A stretch of DNA of 64,000 nt from Candidatus Uhrbacteria bacterium (GTDB lineage Bacteria; Patescibacteriota; Patescibacteriia; UBA9934; GWF2-40-263): positions 17,527 through 81,526 of the forward strand of contig JAPLZK010000001.1 in assembly GCA_026395055.1 (NCBI GenBank). The letters are read 5' to 3'. The notes beneath the pieces were generated by a model, which saw only the letters and a list, made by a program, of their open reading frames with translations, was not told the DNA's origin and did not search any database. Shown in pieces: positions 40,631 through 49,956 of the stretch. A program made the position numbers and the translations under genes. The first letter of the stretch is position 1; every line of letters starts with the position of its first letter.

Positions 40631-40972
40631 ATGTCTTCTCAGCGCCTTAAGTATTTCTTTCTGAGCATTTGTCTGCTTCTCTTACCACAACTTGCTTCTG
40701 CCGAACTCATCAATCCTCTCGGTTCCGGAATCACCATTGAAAGTTTTATCGGTCGCCTCATTAAATTTCTCCTAGGACTTTCTGGATCGGTCGCGCTTCT
40801 CATGTTTGTCTGGGGAGGATTTCAATATCTATGGTCCGGAGGGGATCCAAAGAAGGTTGAAAAAGGAAAAGAGACGCTCAAGAATGCCGTCCTTGGAATC
40901 GTGATCATCTTTTTCGCCTACACGCTTGTAAATTCGCTCATCAAAGTTCTCTCAAGTGGAGCATTGACATAG
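40631..40972 (+). CDS. Pilin-like protein (TrbC/VirB2 type)
   Basis: LINPLG, GGFQYLWSGGDPKKVEKGK. Confidence 0.85.
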   Translation: MSSQRLKYFFLSICLLLLPQLASAELINPLGSGITIESFIGRLIKFLLGLSGSVALLMFVWGGFQYLWSGGDPKKVEKGKETLKNAVLGIVIIFFAYTLVNSLIKVLSSGALT

Positions 40973-41097
40973 GCATGTGGATATCTTTCCATATCAAAAA
41001 TTCCAAAAAAACGATAAAATATCTTTATCGTTTTTTCATATTCAATTTTTTAACTCTGTCCGTTCGGGTTAGGCTTGCCTTTCCCCTACCAATCTTT

Positions 41098-41538
41098 ATG
41101 AACACGCTTTCAAAGAAACACCTTGGTTACGTTCTTGGTGCCGCCGTCGCCCTTTCACTCATGCTTCCAGCCGTTCTTGGACTTGCACATCCTGCACAAG
41201 CTGCAGCGTTAACTCAAGACCAGCTATTTGGCGGAACAGCAGGAAGCGATGCAACCTTTGCAGACACAGCAGGTCTCAGCACCGGAGGTTCAGGCGGACT
41301 TGTTGGAACCATCGGAGCCATCATTAAAACAGCCATGGGATTCCTGGGAATTATCGCGGTTATCATCATTCTTCTCGGAGGATTTAAATGGATGACTTCT
41401 GGTGGAAACGACGAAAAGGTTAAGAAAGCAAAACAACTCATCTTCCAAGGAATTATCGGACTTGTCATCGTCCTTTCTGCATACGCCATCGCAACATTCG
41501 TTATCTCAAACATCGTTACCGCAACAAGCGCAGGGTAA
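41098..41538 (+). CDS. Pilin-like protein (TrbC/VirB2 type)
   Basis: GGFKWMTSGGNDEKVKKAK; start ATG 41098. Confidence 0.85.
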   Translation: MNTLSKKHLGYVLGAAVALSLMLPAVLGLAHPAQAAALTQDQLFGGTAGSDATFADTAGLSTGGSGGLVGTIGAIIKTAMGFLGIIAVIIILLGGFKWMTSGGNDEKVKKAKQLIFQGIIGLVIVLSAYAIATFVISNIVTATSAG

Positions 41539-41617
41539 TCAAAAAAAACAAACTCCCCATTGCCTTCAATGGGGATTTGCATGAGGTGATTTCTAAAAAT
41601 CCTCTCATGTGAATCTT

Positions 41618-41898
41618 ATGAAGCGACTCGCGATTTATTTTCTGGTTTCAATCAGTCACTCAGTCTTCCTGCATTAATCGGTCGAGGACTTGCTGTTCTC
41701 CTCGGTTTAATCGGAATCATCTTTGTTGTCTATATCATCTGGGCTGGTATCATGTATATGACCGCAGCGGGAGACGATACGAAGGTAAAAAAAGCAAAGG
41801 CAATGATTACGCAATCCGTAATCGGAATCATCATTATGGTTGGTGCTTATGCCATCTCAAACTTCGTCATCACACAACTAACAAACGCCGTAAAATAA
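41618..41898 (+). pseudogene. Frame-disrupted pilin-like gene
   Basis: ATG 41618 (MKRLAIYFLVSIS) is out of frame with an intact pilin core LPALIGR...YMTAAGDDTKVKKAK...NAVK* ending at 41898. Confidence 0.75.
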
Positions 41899-41923
41899 AA
41901 TTTTAAAAAAACTATCTATCTAT

Positions 41924-42328
41924 ATGTTAAAAGCAAGTTACCTCAAGTTCGGAGCAATGGTCGGATCCCTTCCCGTTTTGTTCTTACCAGCAGCTGTTTT
42001 TGCAGCACCTCCAGCAGGCACAGGACTTAGCGCAGCAAAAACATCTCTTGATACCGTAAAAACAGAAGCGGGTGTTACGGCAGGCGCAGCAGATTTGCCA
42101 ACACTTATTGGACGTATCATTGCTGTATTGCTCGGTGTCATGGGAATCATCTTGGTTGTCTACGTTATCATGGCAGGTATTACTTATATGACAGCAGGTG
42201 GTGATGACACAAAGGTAAAGAAAGCAAAAGCAATGATTCAAACTTCTGTGGTCGGTATCATCATCATCGTCGCAGCTTACGCCATCTCTTCATTCGTCAT
42301 TGCTCAAATCACAACAGCAACAGGTTAA
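41924..42328 (+). CDS. Pilin-like protein (TrbC/VirB2 type)
   Basis: AGITYMTAGGDDTKVKKAK. Confidence 0.87.
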   Translation: MLKASYLKFGAMVGSLPVLFLPAAVFAAPPAGTGLSAAKTSLDTVKTEAGVTAGAADLPTLIGRIIAVLLGVMGIILVVYVIMAGITYMTAGGDDTKVKKAKAMIQTSVVGIIIIVAAYAISSFVIAQITTATG

Positions 42329-42441
42329 TCGCAAGCGCAAAACAGAACGCATTATCGCGTTCTGTTTTTTTATTCCAATGAAAAAGCCCCGACACCCATC
42401 CAGCGATTTGCTGATTGGATGCCGAGGCGAGAGTGACGATG

Positions 42442-43332
42442 TCAGTACGTGGTGTCACCGGTGCGTGCGCTGATTTGCGGACGACCGGATTGATCATGAC
42501 TGACCGAGTTTTCGTGGAATAAGAGACGTTTTGGATTTCCCCAGACCGTTTCGACACGCGAGATTCCAGGTGCAACCATGACCGCAACAGTCTTGATTGG
42601 GACCAAGAATATGAGTTCGATCGTGTCACCGGGCTGATAACCTACGTAGATGCTGTCAGGGCCGCTTGGATCGAACCCTCGTACCGGCATCTCATCTTCC
42701 TTTCTGTCGCCATCCAGATCCACGTAGAAATCCATGAATCGAACACCGGAGGGTGGCGGACCTTTGTAGGCAACCGCGAGTGTTTGGCCGTTTTTCTTCA
42801 CGACCACTCGCTGCAGACCAGATCGACCGAACCATTTTACCGCACCTTGATTGATTGAGTAGACTTCCACGCGAAATGGAGATCCACCAAACATATCCCA
42901 AGTTGCGGCCGCATTACTGCCGGGAGGATCAATGGTTTGAAACGGTGCGCCACCCATCCAGAACGGAGGCATTTCCTCCTGAGGCGAGGTGGAAGTTGCT
43001 TGGGCTGGAGGAGGAACATGCTTTGGAGCAGATTCGAGGGCCTGAGCCGTCTTCGACACGCGTTCGAGAGCCGCTTCGACCTTGTCGCTCCGCAGACTCT
43101 CCACTTGCGCTTTGAGCTGCAGAACCTTGAGGTCGACGTCTTTCTTGCAGTCCGCCGCAGAAAGCGCAATCGAGATTTTCAGGCTCGTCGGCGCCGTGTA
43201 CGGATCGTACTTCTTGTCGCACGCAGCCTTGTCAGCCGCGATCTGCGCCTCCGTCGGGATCACCACCGCTTGCGCAAGGGCAATCGAAGAAGACGAGAGG
43301 AACAGAACCAAAACGATGATGGACTTGAACAT
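42442..43332 (-). CDS. Hypothetical secreted protein
   Basis: AGGAG SD, signal peptide (ALA), coiled-coil then Pro-rich linker; GC-richer than the flanks. Confidence 0.72.
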   Translation of the reverse strand: MFKSIIVLVLFLSSSSIALAQAVVIPTEAQIAADKAACDKKYDPYTAPTSLKISIALSAADCKKDVDLKVLQLKAQVESLRSDKVEAALERVSKTAQALESAPKHVPPPAQATSTSPQEEMPPFWMGGAPFQTIDPPGSNAAATWDMFGGSPFRVEVYSINQGAVKWFGRSGLQRVVVKKNGQTLAVAYKGPPPSGVRFMDFYVDLDGDRKEDEMPVRGFDPSGPDSIYVGYQPGDTIELIFLVPIKTVAVMVAPGISRVETVWGNPKRLLFHENSVSHDQSGRPQISARTGDTTY

Positions 43333-43435
43333 GAGGAACTCCTGTTGGCCCGAGTCGGACCATGCGTCAGGGCGAGCGCTTATCTCTGCCCCGACTTTGT
43401 CTTTTCAGACCGACTCAGAACCACTCCTCGTCGAT

Positions 43436-44005
43436 CTACTTTTTCTTCAACACATCACGAACGATGATCACCTGATCTCGCTCGATGCGATCCAGACGCT
43501 GTTCGATCGCACTATCACCCGAACCACCACCTTTTGGTTGACTCGTTTGATAGTATTGACCTTGGCTGAGCAGCGGAAGTCCAGGCGCGTAGCCCATACT
43601 TGCCGCTTCAGCTGCCATCATGGCCGGAGAAGATCCGTTCATGTTGGCGCCGTACATTCCGCCCATGCCGAACATCGTCCACCCAGCCTGCACGTCAGAC
43701 CGAGAGGCATCCTGACCGAGCGTCACGGGCATCTTTTTTTCGATTGCCCGCAGTGCCACCTCGCCCGTTTGCAGGGTTTGGAGGCGACGATTCTGCTCTG
43801 CCAAGATCTGGGAGGCGCCACTCGCCGTGCCAGAATAGGTGGCTTCCGTTTGCAGGGTTTGGAGGCGACGATTCTGCTCTGCCAAGATCTGGGAGGCGCC
43901 ACTCGCCGTGCCAGAATAGGTGGCTTCCAATTGCCCGTCTTTTCCGGGCTTGAGTGTTGCGCAGCCTGCGCAGAGCACCAGAAACAGTGCCAGCAGCTTT
44001 TGCAT
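43436..44005 (-). CDS. Hypothetical lipoprotein with a 27-aa tandem duplication
   Basis: CAGC lipobox, AAGGA SD, duplicated EATYSGTASGASQILAEQNRRLQTLQT. Confidence 0.72.
   Translation of the reverse strand: MQKLLALFLVLCAGCATLKPGKDGQLEATYSGTASGASQILAEQNRRLQTLQTEATYSGTASGASQILAEQNRRLQTLQTGEVALRAIEKKMPVTLGQDASRSDVQAGWTMFGMGGMYGANMNGSSPAMMAAEAASMGYAPGLPLLSQGQYYQTSQPKGGGSGDSAIEQRLDRIERDQVIIVRDVLKKK
43765..43928. repeat. Exact 81-bp tandem duplication
   Basis: Units start at 43765 and 43846 and read identically. Confidence 0.9.
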
Positions 44006-44163
44006 GGCCGTCCTTTTGCCGACTTGTCACGTGACTGTCGGTTCTAAGAATCTGTTTGCCCAAACCATTTGAGCAAATAGGGATTCGATTGAAGGTACGA
44101 AAAAGCTTTGAAACCGTTCTTTCAAGCCTTTTTCGCCATTTCAATCGTTCTTATCAACTGACA

Positions 44164-44192
44164 ACTATACCACAAAAAAGCCATTTTGTCAA
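44164..44192 (-). promoter_or_regulatory. Sigma70-type promoter for the lipoprotein/secreted-protein pair
   Basis: TTGACA-17-TATAGT on the minus strand. Confidence 0.65.
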
Positions 44193-44263
44193 GGTATTAT
44201 GGGCTTTTCCTTGACTTTTGCGTCGATTTCTCCTGTAATACACTCATACGAGTGGGAGGAAGG

Positions 44264-44671
44264 ATGGAAAACGAACCCTACGGAAACCTTACACATTTAT
44301 GGCGATTTCACGAAGTTGAGGAGTCGTATCAGATCCTTCTTCGGACCGCACGCAAAGTCATCAAAGAACGCCAATTCTCTGGCACCTTTCTTGCAGAAGA
44401 CCTGTATGCACGTGATCGCCTCTTTGGCTCCGTGCGATCCACTGGAGCTCGCCCACAAAAAGACGTGGCTCCAAAATGGAACGAACTCATTCGTCTATTT
44501 CAGCAACCTTGGTCTCAGGAAACAGAAGAAGCACAAACACTTCTCCTCATTCGAGGGTTTCTCTCTCACGCCGTCACGCGTGGCGACCTGAGGCGCGCCC
44601 AGCTTGTTGGCTCTCAACATGACGTCCGCGGATTCGCCTTTGTCGAAAAGACACCATCAAATAGTACATGA
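44264..44671 (+). CDS. Hypothetical protein
   Basis: GGGAGGA SD before ATG 44264; terminator-like hairpin after the stop. Confidence 0.6.
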   Translation: MENEPYGNLTHLWRFHEVEESYQILLRTARKVIKERQFSGTFLAEDLYARDRLFGSVRSTGARPQKDVAPKWNELIRLFQQPWSQETEEAQTLLLIRGFLSHAVTRGDLRRAQLVGSQHDVRGFAFVEKTPSNST

Positions 44672-44756
44672 ATCTCTTCCCCACTCAATTGCTGTTGCAA
44701 TGGGTGGTCTTTTTTTTCAAAAAAAAATCGACGTGATTAAACACATCGATCAGATC

Positions 44757-47168
44757 TTATTCTCCTGAATTCACACGAGCACACAGTTCAGGCGAGAGAT
44801 GAAGACTCTCACACGTCTTATGTGGACGCGAATGCGATACAGGGTACTTTTGTTGCACATGCGAAGACGCAGGTGTCGCCGTGGGAACGGGCTGCGAAAT
44901 CACAAGGGGGTTTGACACACCTTGCTGCACAACGGGTGGCGGAGCAAAGAGCACGGCCAACCAATCCGCGGACGAACTGGCTTGGGTTTTCTTTTCAAAG
45001 AATGCATTGATGTGTGACCCTGTCCATGTCCATGTTGCGAGAAACATGAGCAGAACGAATCCCATTCCCCAAACCCATTTGTTTGGTGGTCGACGCAGAA
45101 TCTCTACATCAACTCCATTCTCACTTCTTCGCTTTTTGATATGCAACCAGCGCACAGCCAATGCAATCAAAGGTCCTGCTGTGCAGAGAATGGCAACAAA
45201 CTGTGTGATTTTCGAATTTTCGAACCACTCTTTAACCTTCGAGAAGGGAGTGCCTGAATTTTGTGAAATGAGAACTATTACAGTTACAAGGAATACAATT
45301 AGCGTGAGAGCTCTGAACAAACGCATGGTTTTAGCCGCATTTTGACGAGCCTCCTCAGTAAACTCATACCCAGACAATCCCATTTGAGATGCGAGGGCGA
45401 AAAAGGTGGGGACGCAGATCACGAGGCGCAAAAGCCACGGGGTACTCACGGAGAGCAGGACCATGAAGATGCCAACATGAATGGCAATGAACATGATGAG
45501 GATGCGCCCCTTATTGACGAGCCAATCCTTTTCAAGGTTCGGGAAGAACCGCGTCACAAGTGACAGGAGTCCCTGAATAGCCGTAAAGGAAAACAGTTCC
45601 AAGCACGCGAGGATTCCGCCACCGGCAACAAGTGCCGTTGCGAATTCATTCGGTGTCAACCGTTCCATGACATCTGCCGTCACAAAGACAGTACCAGCAA
45701 TTCCCGTCGTAATGCCGAGCACTACGAAAAGGAACCGAGTCCATCCTGCGAAATTCCACGCGAGTGCGAGGGAAAGCAGACATGGCATGAGGAAGAGAAC
45801 ATCCAAGGAAGAAGCCTCGATTGGACGCGTCAGGCTTACACCAAACGCACCAAGCATCACGAGACTCAGGAACATTGCGAACAATGCCGTGAATCCAATG
45901 GCACTTGCAAGCGCAATCTTTCCGGCCGCATGTGCAACCGTTCCGATCGCATCTTCCAGTCGATTTGCAACAGGGGCAGCCGTAGTGGCCGCTGTTCCTG
46001 TCACACCTTCGAGAATCGCCTTCGCCCGCGTAAACGCATGGCGAATTTGGTTTTCGACGGTGAGCGTTGCGCCCATCCAGGTCTGCACATACTCGTAAAT
46101 GCTCGCAATCTGTTCCGCGGAAAATTGAGTTTCCCCATCCGCGACCACAAAATGCATGCCGAGCGTGTTGATGCGACTTGGACGTGATGCCAAATCGGAG
46201 AGCAAATCACGCCCTTTGCGCTGTTCATGCTCAGGTTTGTCATGCATCGTCAGAGCCCAGGAGACTTGGAACGTGTGTCCCGCATCATCGAGCCTTTCTT
46301 CTTTCGATGGCGTAGGAGCTTTCGGTTCCGTAAGCCTCAAAAGCAAACTGATGGTTGCGGGATCTGTTCCCGTAAATTCCATCCGACGAATCGCGTCCGC
46401 GATCGGAAGATCTTCGATATTCAGCGCGAGGAAGCACAATCGCTTGTACTCATCGTCCGTCACATCTTCTTCCACAACGCGCGGCGGTCCGATCTTGTCA
46501 TCCTTTTGCTTTTGACCAGGAGTCGTTTTGGATTTCGTCCGCTTAACGTTCGCGATCCGCTCTTGCTTGAGGGCTTGAAACTTTGCCCCTTTGCAACACG
46601 GCAGACCGAGTCTGTCTGTACGGATCGTACGTGTACCATCTGCGGCAACGTCATACTCGTACTCAAAGATGTCGGCCGGCGCCGTGCCATAAGGCGGCAA
46701 ATACGCAACCCGATCCAGTGAACCAGGTTTCTGAGGTGACCGGGCCGAATCATCTGAAACGATTTCCGACACACTTGCTTTCACATGTGCCTCAAAACCA
46801 TCGCCAAGAGCTTCCGCTCCACCCACCAAAATGCGTGGGGCGAGATTCTGCAAGGCAAAACGGATTTGATGCATGACCGGATTCTTTTCTTCCGGCATAA
46901 ACTTTCCCCAATCCATTTTCTGCATCCATGCCGCGATTCCGGCACCAATGCCCGTAAGCGCGAGTCCGGTTGCTTTTGTGCCAAATGCGTTTTGGATGAA
47001 GAGAAGCGTCTTGCTGTTACGCAGACGTGTAATCGCATCGAAGAGAATGTTATGGGTGTTGTCCCCATTCGCAATCCCTTCTTTGATGTACTGAGAGAGC
47101 GTCTCGTGAAAGTACCGCTCTACCACTTCTCCGCCAGCTTCTTTGCCAATCGATGACCAGTCAAACAT
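44757..47168 (-). CDS. Large hypothetical protein: soluble N-terminal half plus about 10 TM helices
   Basis: AAGGAG SD before ATG 47168; ~800-codon ORF; no family recognised. Confidence 0.8.
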   Translation of the reverse strand: MFDWSSIGKEAGGEVVERYFHETLSQYIKEGIANGDNTHNILFDAITRLRNSKTLLFIQNAFGTKATGLALTGIGAGIAAWMQKMDWGKFMPEEKNPVMHQIRFALQNLAPRILVGGAEALGDGFEAHVKASVSEIVSDDSARSPQKPGSLDRVAYLPPYGTAPADIFEYEYDVAADGTRTIRTDRLGLPCCKGAKFQALKQERIANVKRTKSKTTPGQKQKDDKIGPPRVVEEDVTDDEYKRLCFLALNIEDLPIADAIRRMEFTGTDPATISLLLRLTEPKAPTPSKEERLDDAGHTFQVSWALTMHDKPEHEQRKGRDLLSDLASRPSRINTLGMHFVVADGETQFSAEQIASIYEYVQTWMGATLTVENQIRHAFTRAKAILEGVTGTAATTAAPVANRLEDAIGTVAHAAGKIALASAIGFTALFAMFLSLVMLGAFGVSLTRPIEASSLDVLFLMPCLLSLALAWNFAGWTRFLFVVLGITTGIAGTVFVTADVMERLTPNEFATALVAGGGILACLELFSFTAIQGLLSLVTRFFPNLEKDWLVNKGRILIMFIAIHVGIFMVLLSVSTPWLLRLVICVPTFFALASQMGLSGYEFTEEARQNAAKTMRLFRALTLIVFLVTVIVLISQNSGTPFSKVKEWFENSKITQFVAILCTAGPLIALAVRWLHIKKRRSENGVDVEILRRPPNKWVWGMGFVLLMFLATWTWTGSHINAFFEKKTQASSSADWLAVLFAPPPVVQQGVSNPLVISQPVPTATPASSHVQQKYPVSHSRPHKTCESLHLSPELCARVNSGE

Positions 47169-47327
47169 GACCTTCTCCTTGTGTGCGGCACTTTGCCGTG
47201 TAATGTAGAGAACAAAACGCCGCACACGATTTTTGTGTCACACGGAACTTCCGCATGAATAAATCGCATTCGTTCGCGTTTGGTATTCCTCAGTTTGGCG
47301 CGACTTTGCACCGTGAAGAATACGCCC

Positions 47328-47356
47328 GTTATACCTGATTTTCCTCATTTTGTCAA
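47328..47356 (-). promoter_or_regulatory. Sigma70-type promoter
   Basis: TTGACA-17-TATAAC on the minus strand. Confidence 0.65.
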
Positions 47357-47440
47357 CTGTTTCTGGCATAAAATGTTACTAAAACAAAACAAAAATCGAT
47401 CATTTGATCGATTTGTTCTAAAAAACTGACAGATATTGTG

Positions 47441-47476
47441 CCCCCTCCTTCACAAGGAAGGGGTTAGGAGGTGGTC
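47441..47476 (-). repeat. CCCCTCC-type REP-like palindrome (intergenic copy)
   Basis: Reverse complement GACCACCTCCTAACCCCTTCCTTGTGAAGGAGGGGG matches 9456-9491. Confidence 0.8.
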
Positions 47477-47486
47477 TCATGGGTGG

Positions 47487-48674
47487 TTACATCGGCAAAA
47501 CGACACCAGAATCCGTTAAGTCTGCTTTTTCCTGAATCAACTTTGTAAGAATCGCGCGATCCATATTTCGTCCTGTTAAAATTGCGCCAACAAGTTTATT
47601 TTTTCGAACAAATAGTTCCGTAACTCCACCCGCCTCAACCGTTCCAATAAGTCTTGTCTCGTCCGCATGCGTTCGAGACGTGTCCCCGATAAAAATAATT
47701 TCAATGCCAACGATATTCATTGCATAGGAAGAAACCAGATCGAATGCAGCGTGTGACCCGGTCATATTTCTTGCTGCCACACGTCCTTGCATTTGCGCGT
47801 TCATCCAGTTCCCCGTAATAAACGTTCGCTCAAAACGTTCGTCGAAAAATTCGGCAACATCTCCTGCGGCGTAAACATCTTTCACATTTGTTTCTAAAAA
47901 TGCGTTCGTAAGAATCCCTTCATGCATTTGAATGCCAGATTCTTGCAACAAAGAAAAGTGTGGCGCTACACCAACTCCAACTCCTAAAAGAGAACAGGGG
48001 TATGTTTGTCCGTTGATAAAAATAGATTCGATCGTTTTCTCACCAATGCATTCGATTTCTTTTGCGTTCTCGATAACCGTAATTCCGTTTTGAACAAGTT
48101 GATTTTTAATCAACATTCCGGCCTCTTCAGAAATTCCACGTGACCACATATGTGCGCCACGGTACGCGAGCGTAATGGGAATATTCGCTTCGTGAAAAAT
48201 ATTTAAATATTCGCACGCAATAAATCCTCCGCCATAAATGCACGCGTGTGCATCTTTCGGAAGTGCTCGCATGAGTTCCACCAATTGATCCGCATCATCA
48301 AGCGTACGCAAATAAGAAACTCCCGGAAGATCTTGATCCATTAACTTTACTTCACTTCCGCTTGCGATCAATAATTTGTCATAGGAAAGTTCTCCTCCCC
48401 CAACAAACTCAATGTGTTTATTCTTTGCATCCACACGTTCAATAATTTCTCCCGCGAGCCATTCAATCTGCTGCTCCGCATACCAGGATTCTTTTTTCAA
48501 AAAAACACGTTCGCGTGGAATTTTTCCCTTAATATAATGCGGCAACAAAACACGCGAATAGAGCGCGTGAAATTCTTCTGAAATAAGCGTGATCTTGGAC
48601 GCCGAATCCAACTTGCGCAATTCTTCTGCGCACGTCGTTCCCGCAATTCCTCCACCAATGATGACGTAGTGCAT
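47487..48674 (-). CDS. FAD/NAD-dependent oxidoreductase (ferredoxin/rubredoxin reductase-like)
   Basis: IIGGGIAG, YDKLLIASG, GGGFIA, VYAAGDVA. Confidence 0.88.
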   Translation of the reverse strand: MHYVIIGGGIAGTTCAEELRKLDSASKITLISEEFHALYSRVLLPHYIKGKIPRERVFLKKESWYAEQQIEWLAGEIIERVDAKNKHIEFVGGGELSYDKLLIASGSEVKLMDQDLPGVSYLRTLDDADQLVELMRALPKDAHACIYGGGFIACEYLNIFHEANIPITLAYRGAHMWSRGISEEAGMLIKNQLVQNGITVIENAKEIECIGEKTIESIFINGQTYPCSLLGVGVGVAPHFSLLQESGIQMHEGILTNAFLETNVKDVYAAGDVAEFFDERFERTFITGNWMNAQMQGRVAARNMTGSHAAFDLVSSYAMNIVGIEIIFIGDTSRTHADETRLIGTVEAGGVTELFVRKNKLVGAILTGRNMDRAILTKLIQEKADLTDSGVVLPM

Positions 48675-48682
48675 AAAAAAAT

Positions 48683-48771
48683 AAAATTCGAAATGGAGAA
48701 ATATCGAATGTCGAAAATGAACGATACAGATCATTTTGTTTTCGTCTTTCGATATTCGGATTTCGAATTTT
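48683..48771. repeat. Heptamer-period palindrome (AAATTCGAA...TTCGAATTT), copy 1
   Basis: Fills the ferredoxin-reductase intergenic gap; related to 62581-62668. Confidence 0.7.
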
Positions 48772-48774
48772 TAC

Positions 48775-49044
48775 TTACATGTCTGGAAACAATTGCGTTC
48801 CTGCTTCATCAAAAATGAAAATGGCGAGTGTGGGACAGGATTGCGCACCAAGTAAAATATTTTCCATTTCATCATCCGTCACTTCCATCCAGCGTTCGTA
48901 TTTAGATCCTTCCGGTTCTGTTCCGTGATCCAACACGTATGCTTTATTTTCTGCATTCATTTGAAATGTGTCAGGAGCAATGGTGACGCAAGACGCTGCA
49001 CCAATACACAGATCCTCATCAACTTTTACGCGGATACGTGGCAT
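48775..49044 (-). CDS. Ferredoxin (single-cluster, Fer4_13/15-like)
   Basis: CIGAASC...APDTF...AQSCPTLAI. Confidence 0.88.
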   Translation of the reverse strand: MPRIRVKVDEDLCIGAASCVTIAPDTFQMNAENKAYVLDHGTEPEGSKYERWMEVTDDEMENILLGAQSCPTLAIFIFDEAGTQLFPDM

Positions 49045-49045
49045 A

Positions 49046-49270
49046 TTAAACTTCTTCAAAAGTTATTTCTGTAATTTCTGGGCAGGTCTCTTTTACCAAA
49101 TCCATAATACCTTCTTTGTACGATGAAGAACATTCGCATCCTCCACAAAAACCAGAAAGACGAAACGATGCATTTGGAACTTCAACCAATAAGACTTCGA
49201 TCGAGCGTCCAGCGGATGCAAGAATGGGTTTCAGATGTTCGAGACGTTTTTCTAACAATTCTTTTTGCAT
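49046..49270 (-). CDS. Stand-alone NifU C-terminal (Nfu)-like domain protein
   Basis: LKPILASAG...LSGFCGGC...GI..LVKETCPEI. Confidence 0.75.
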   Translation of the reverse strand: MQKELLEKRLEHLKPILASAGRSIEVLLVEVPNASFRLSGFCGGCECSSSYKEGIMDLVKETCPEITEITFEEV

Positions 49271-49274
49271 ACGA

Positions 49275-49952
49275 TTACGCGGCACCAAAATATTTTTCTT
49301 TATAAAATCGAATCAACTCTTCCACAGCGGGAAGACAGTTCGGATTTCCGATTCCTACTTTTGTTTTCTGTTGAACAAGTTCGAGTGTATGTGCGCCCTC
49401 GAGGACTGCTTCTTCAATATCATGATCGGTCACTTTTGAAACAGGATCAATGATGCGTGATGACTCGACCACGATTTTATCAAACGTTTCTACACGACGG
49501 TAGAAGTCATTGATTGCATCGCGAAGCGCTTTGTCACAAAGGACGGAACAGTGGAACTTTCGTTGTGGAAGTCCGCCAAGACGTTCCATGATGTCTTGTG
49601 GTTTCAGCTTGCGCGCTTCGTCGAGTGTGAGTCCGCCATTCTCTGTCACCATCACAGAAGCCATAGACGTTGAAGCGATCGCGCTTCCACACCCAAAGGT
49701 TTTCCATTTAAATTCAAGAATTTTTTCTGTCTCTGGGTCCACATTCATCCAAACACGCAATTCATCTCCACAGGCAGGGGAACCAACTTTTCCAATCGCA
49801 TTGAATTGCGTTTCATCTGCATCATTCTCCATGAAATTTTTTGGATGAAAAAAATGTTCTTTCACAATGTCTGTGTAGAACCAAGATTTTGTTTGATCGT
49901 GTGACGCAACGTCACCCTTTGTCCCGGGGACGGGTTCTTGTTTGTAATCCAT
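49275..49952 (-). CDS. Fe-S scaffold IscU/NifU-N fused to a degenerate BFD-like domain
   Basis: VKEHFFHPKN, GSPACGD, TFGCGSAIAS, KFHCS. Confidence 0.9.
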   Translation of the reverse strand: MDYKQEPVPGTKGDVASHDQTKSWFYTDIVKEHFFHPKNFMENDADETQFNAIGKVGSPACGDELRVWMNVDPETEKILEFKWKTFGCGSAIASTSMASVMVTENGGLTLDEARKLKPQDIMERLGGLPQRKFHCSVLCDKALRDAINDFYRRVETFDKIVVESSRIIDPVSKVTDHDIEEAVLEGAHTLELVQQKTKVGIGNPNCLPAVEELIRFYKEKYFGAA

Positions 49953-49956
49953 AAAA

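Noticed and set aside
43082-44047. 321-aa plus-strand ORF
   Set aside because: Antisense shadow of two minus-strand genes that have SD, signal peptides and a promoter.
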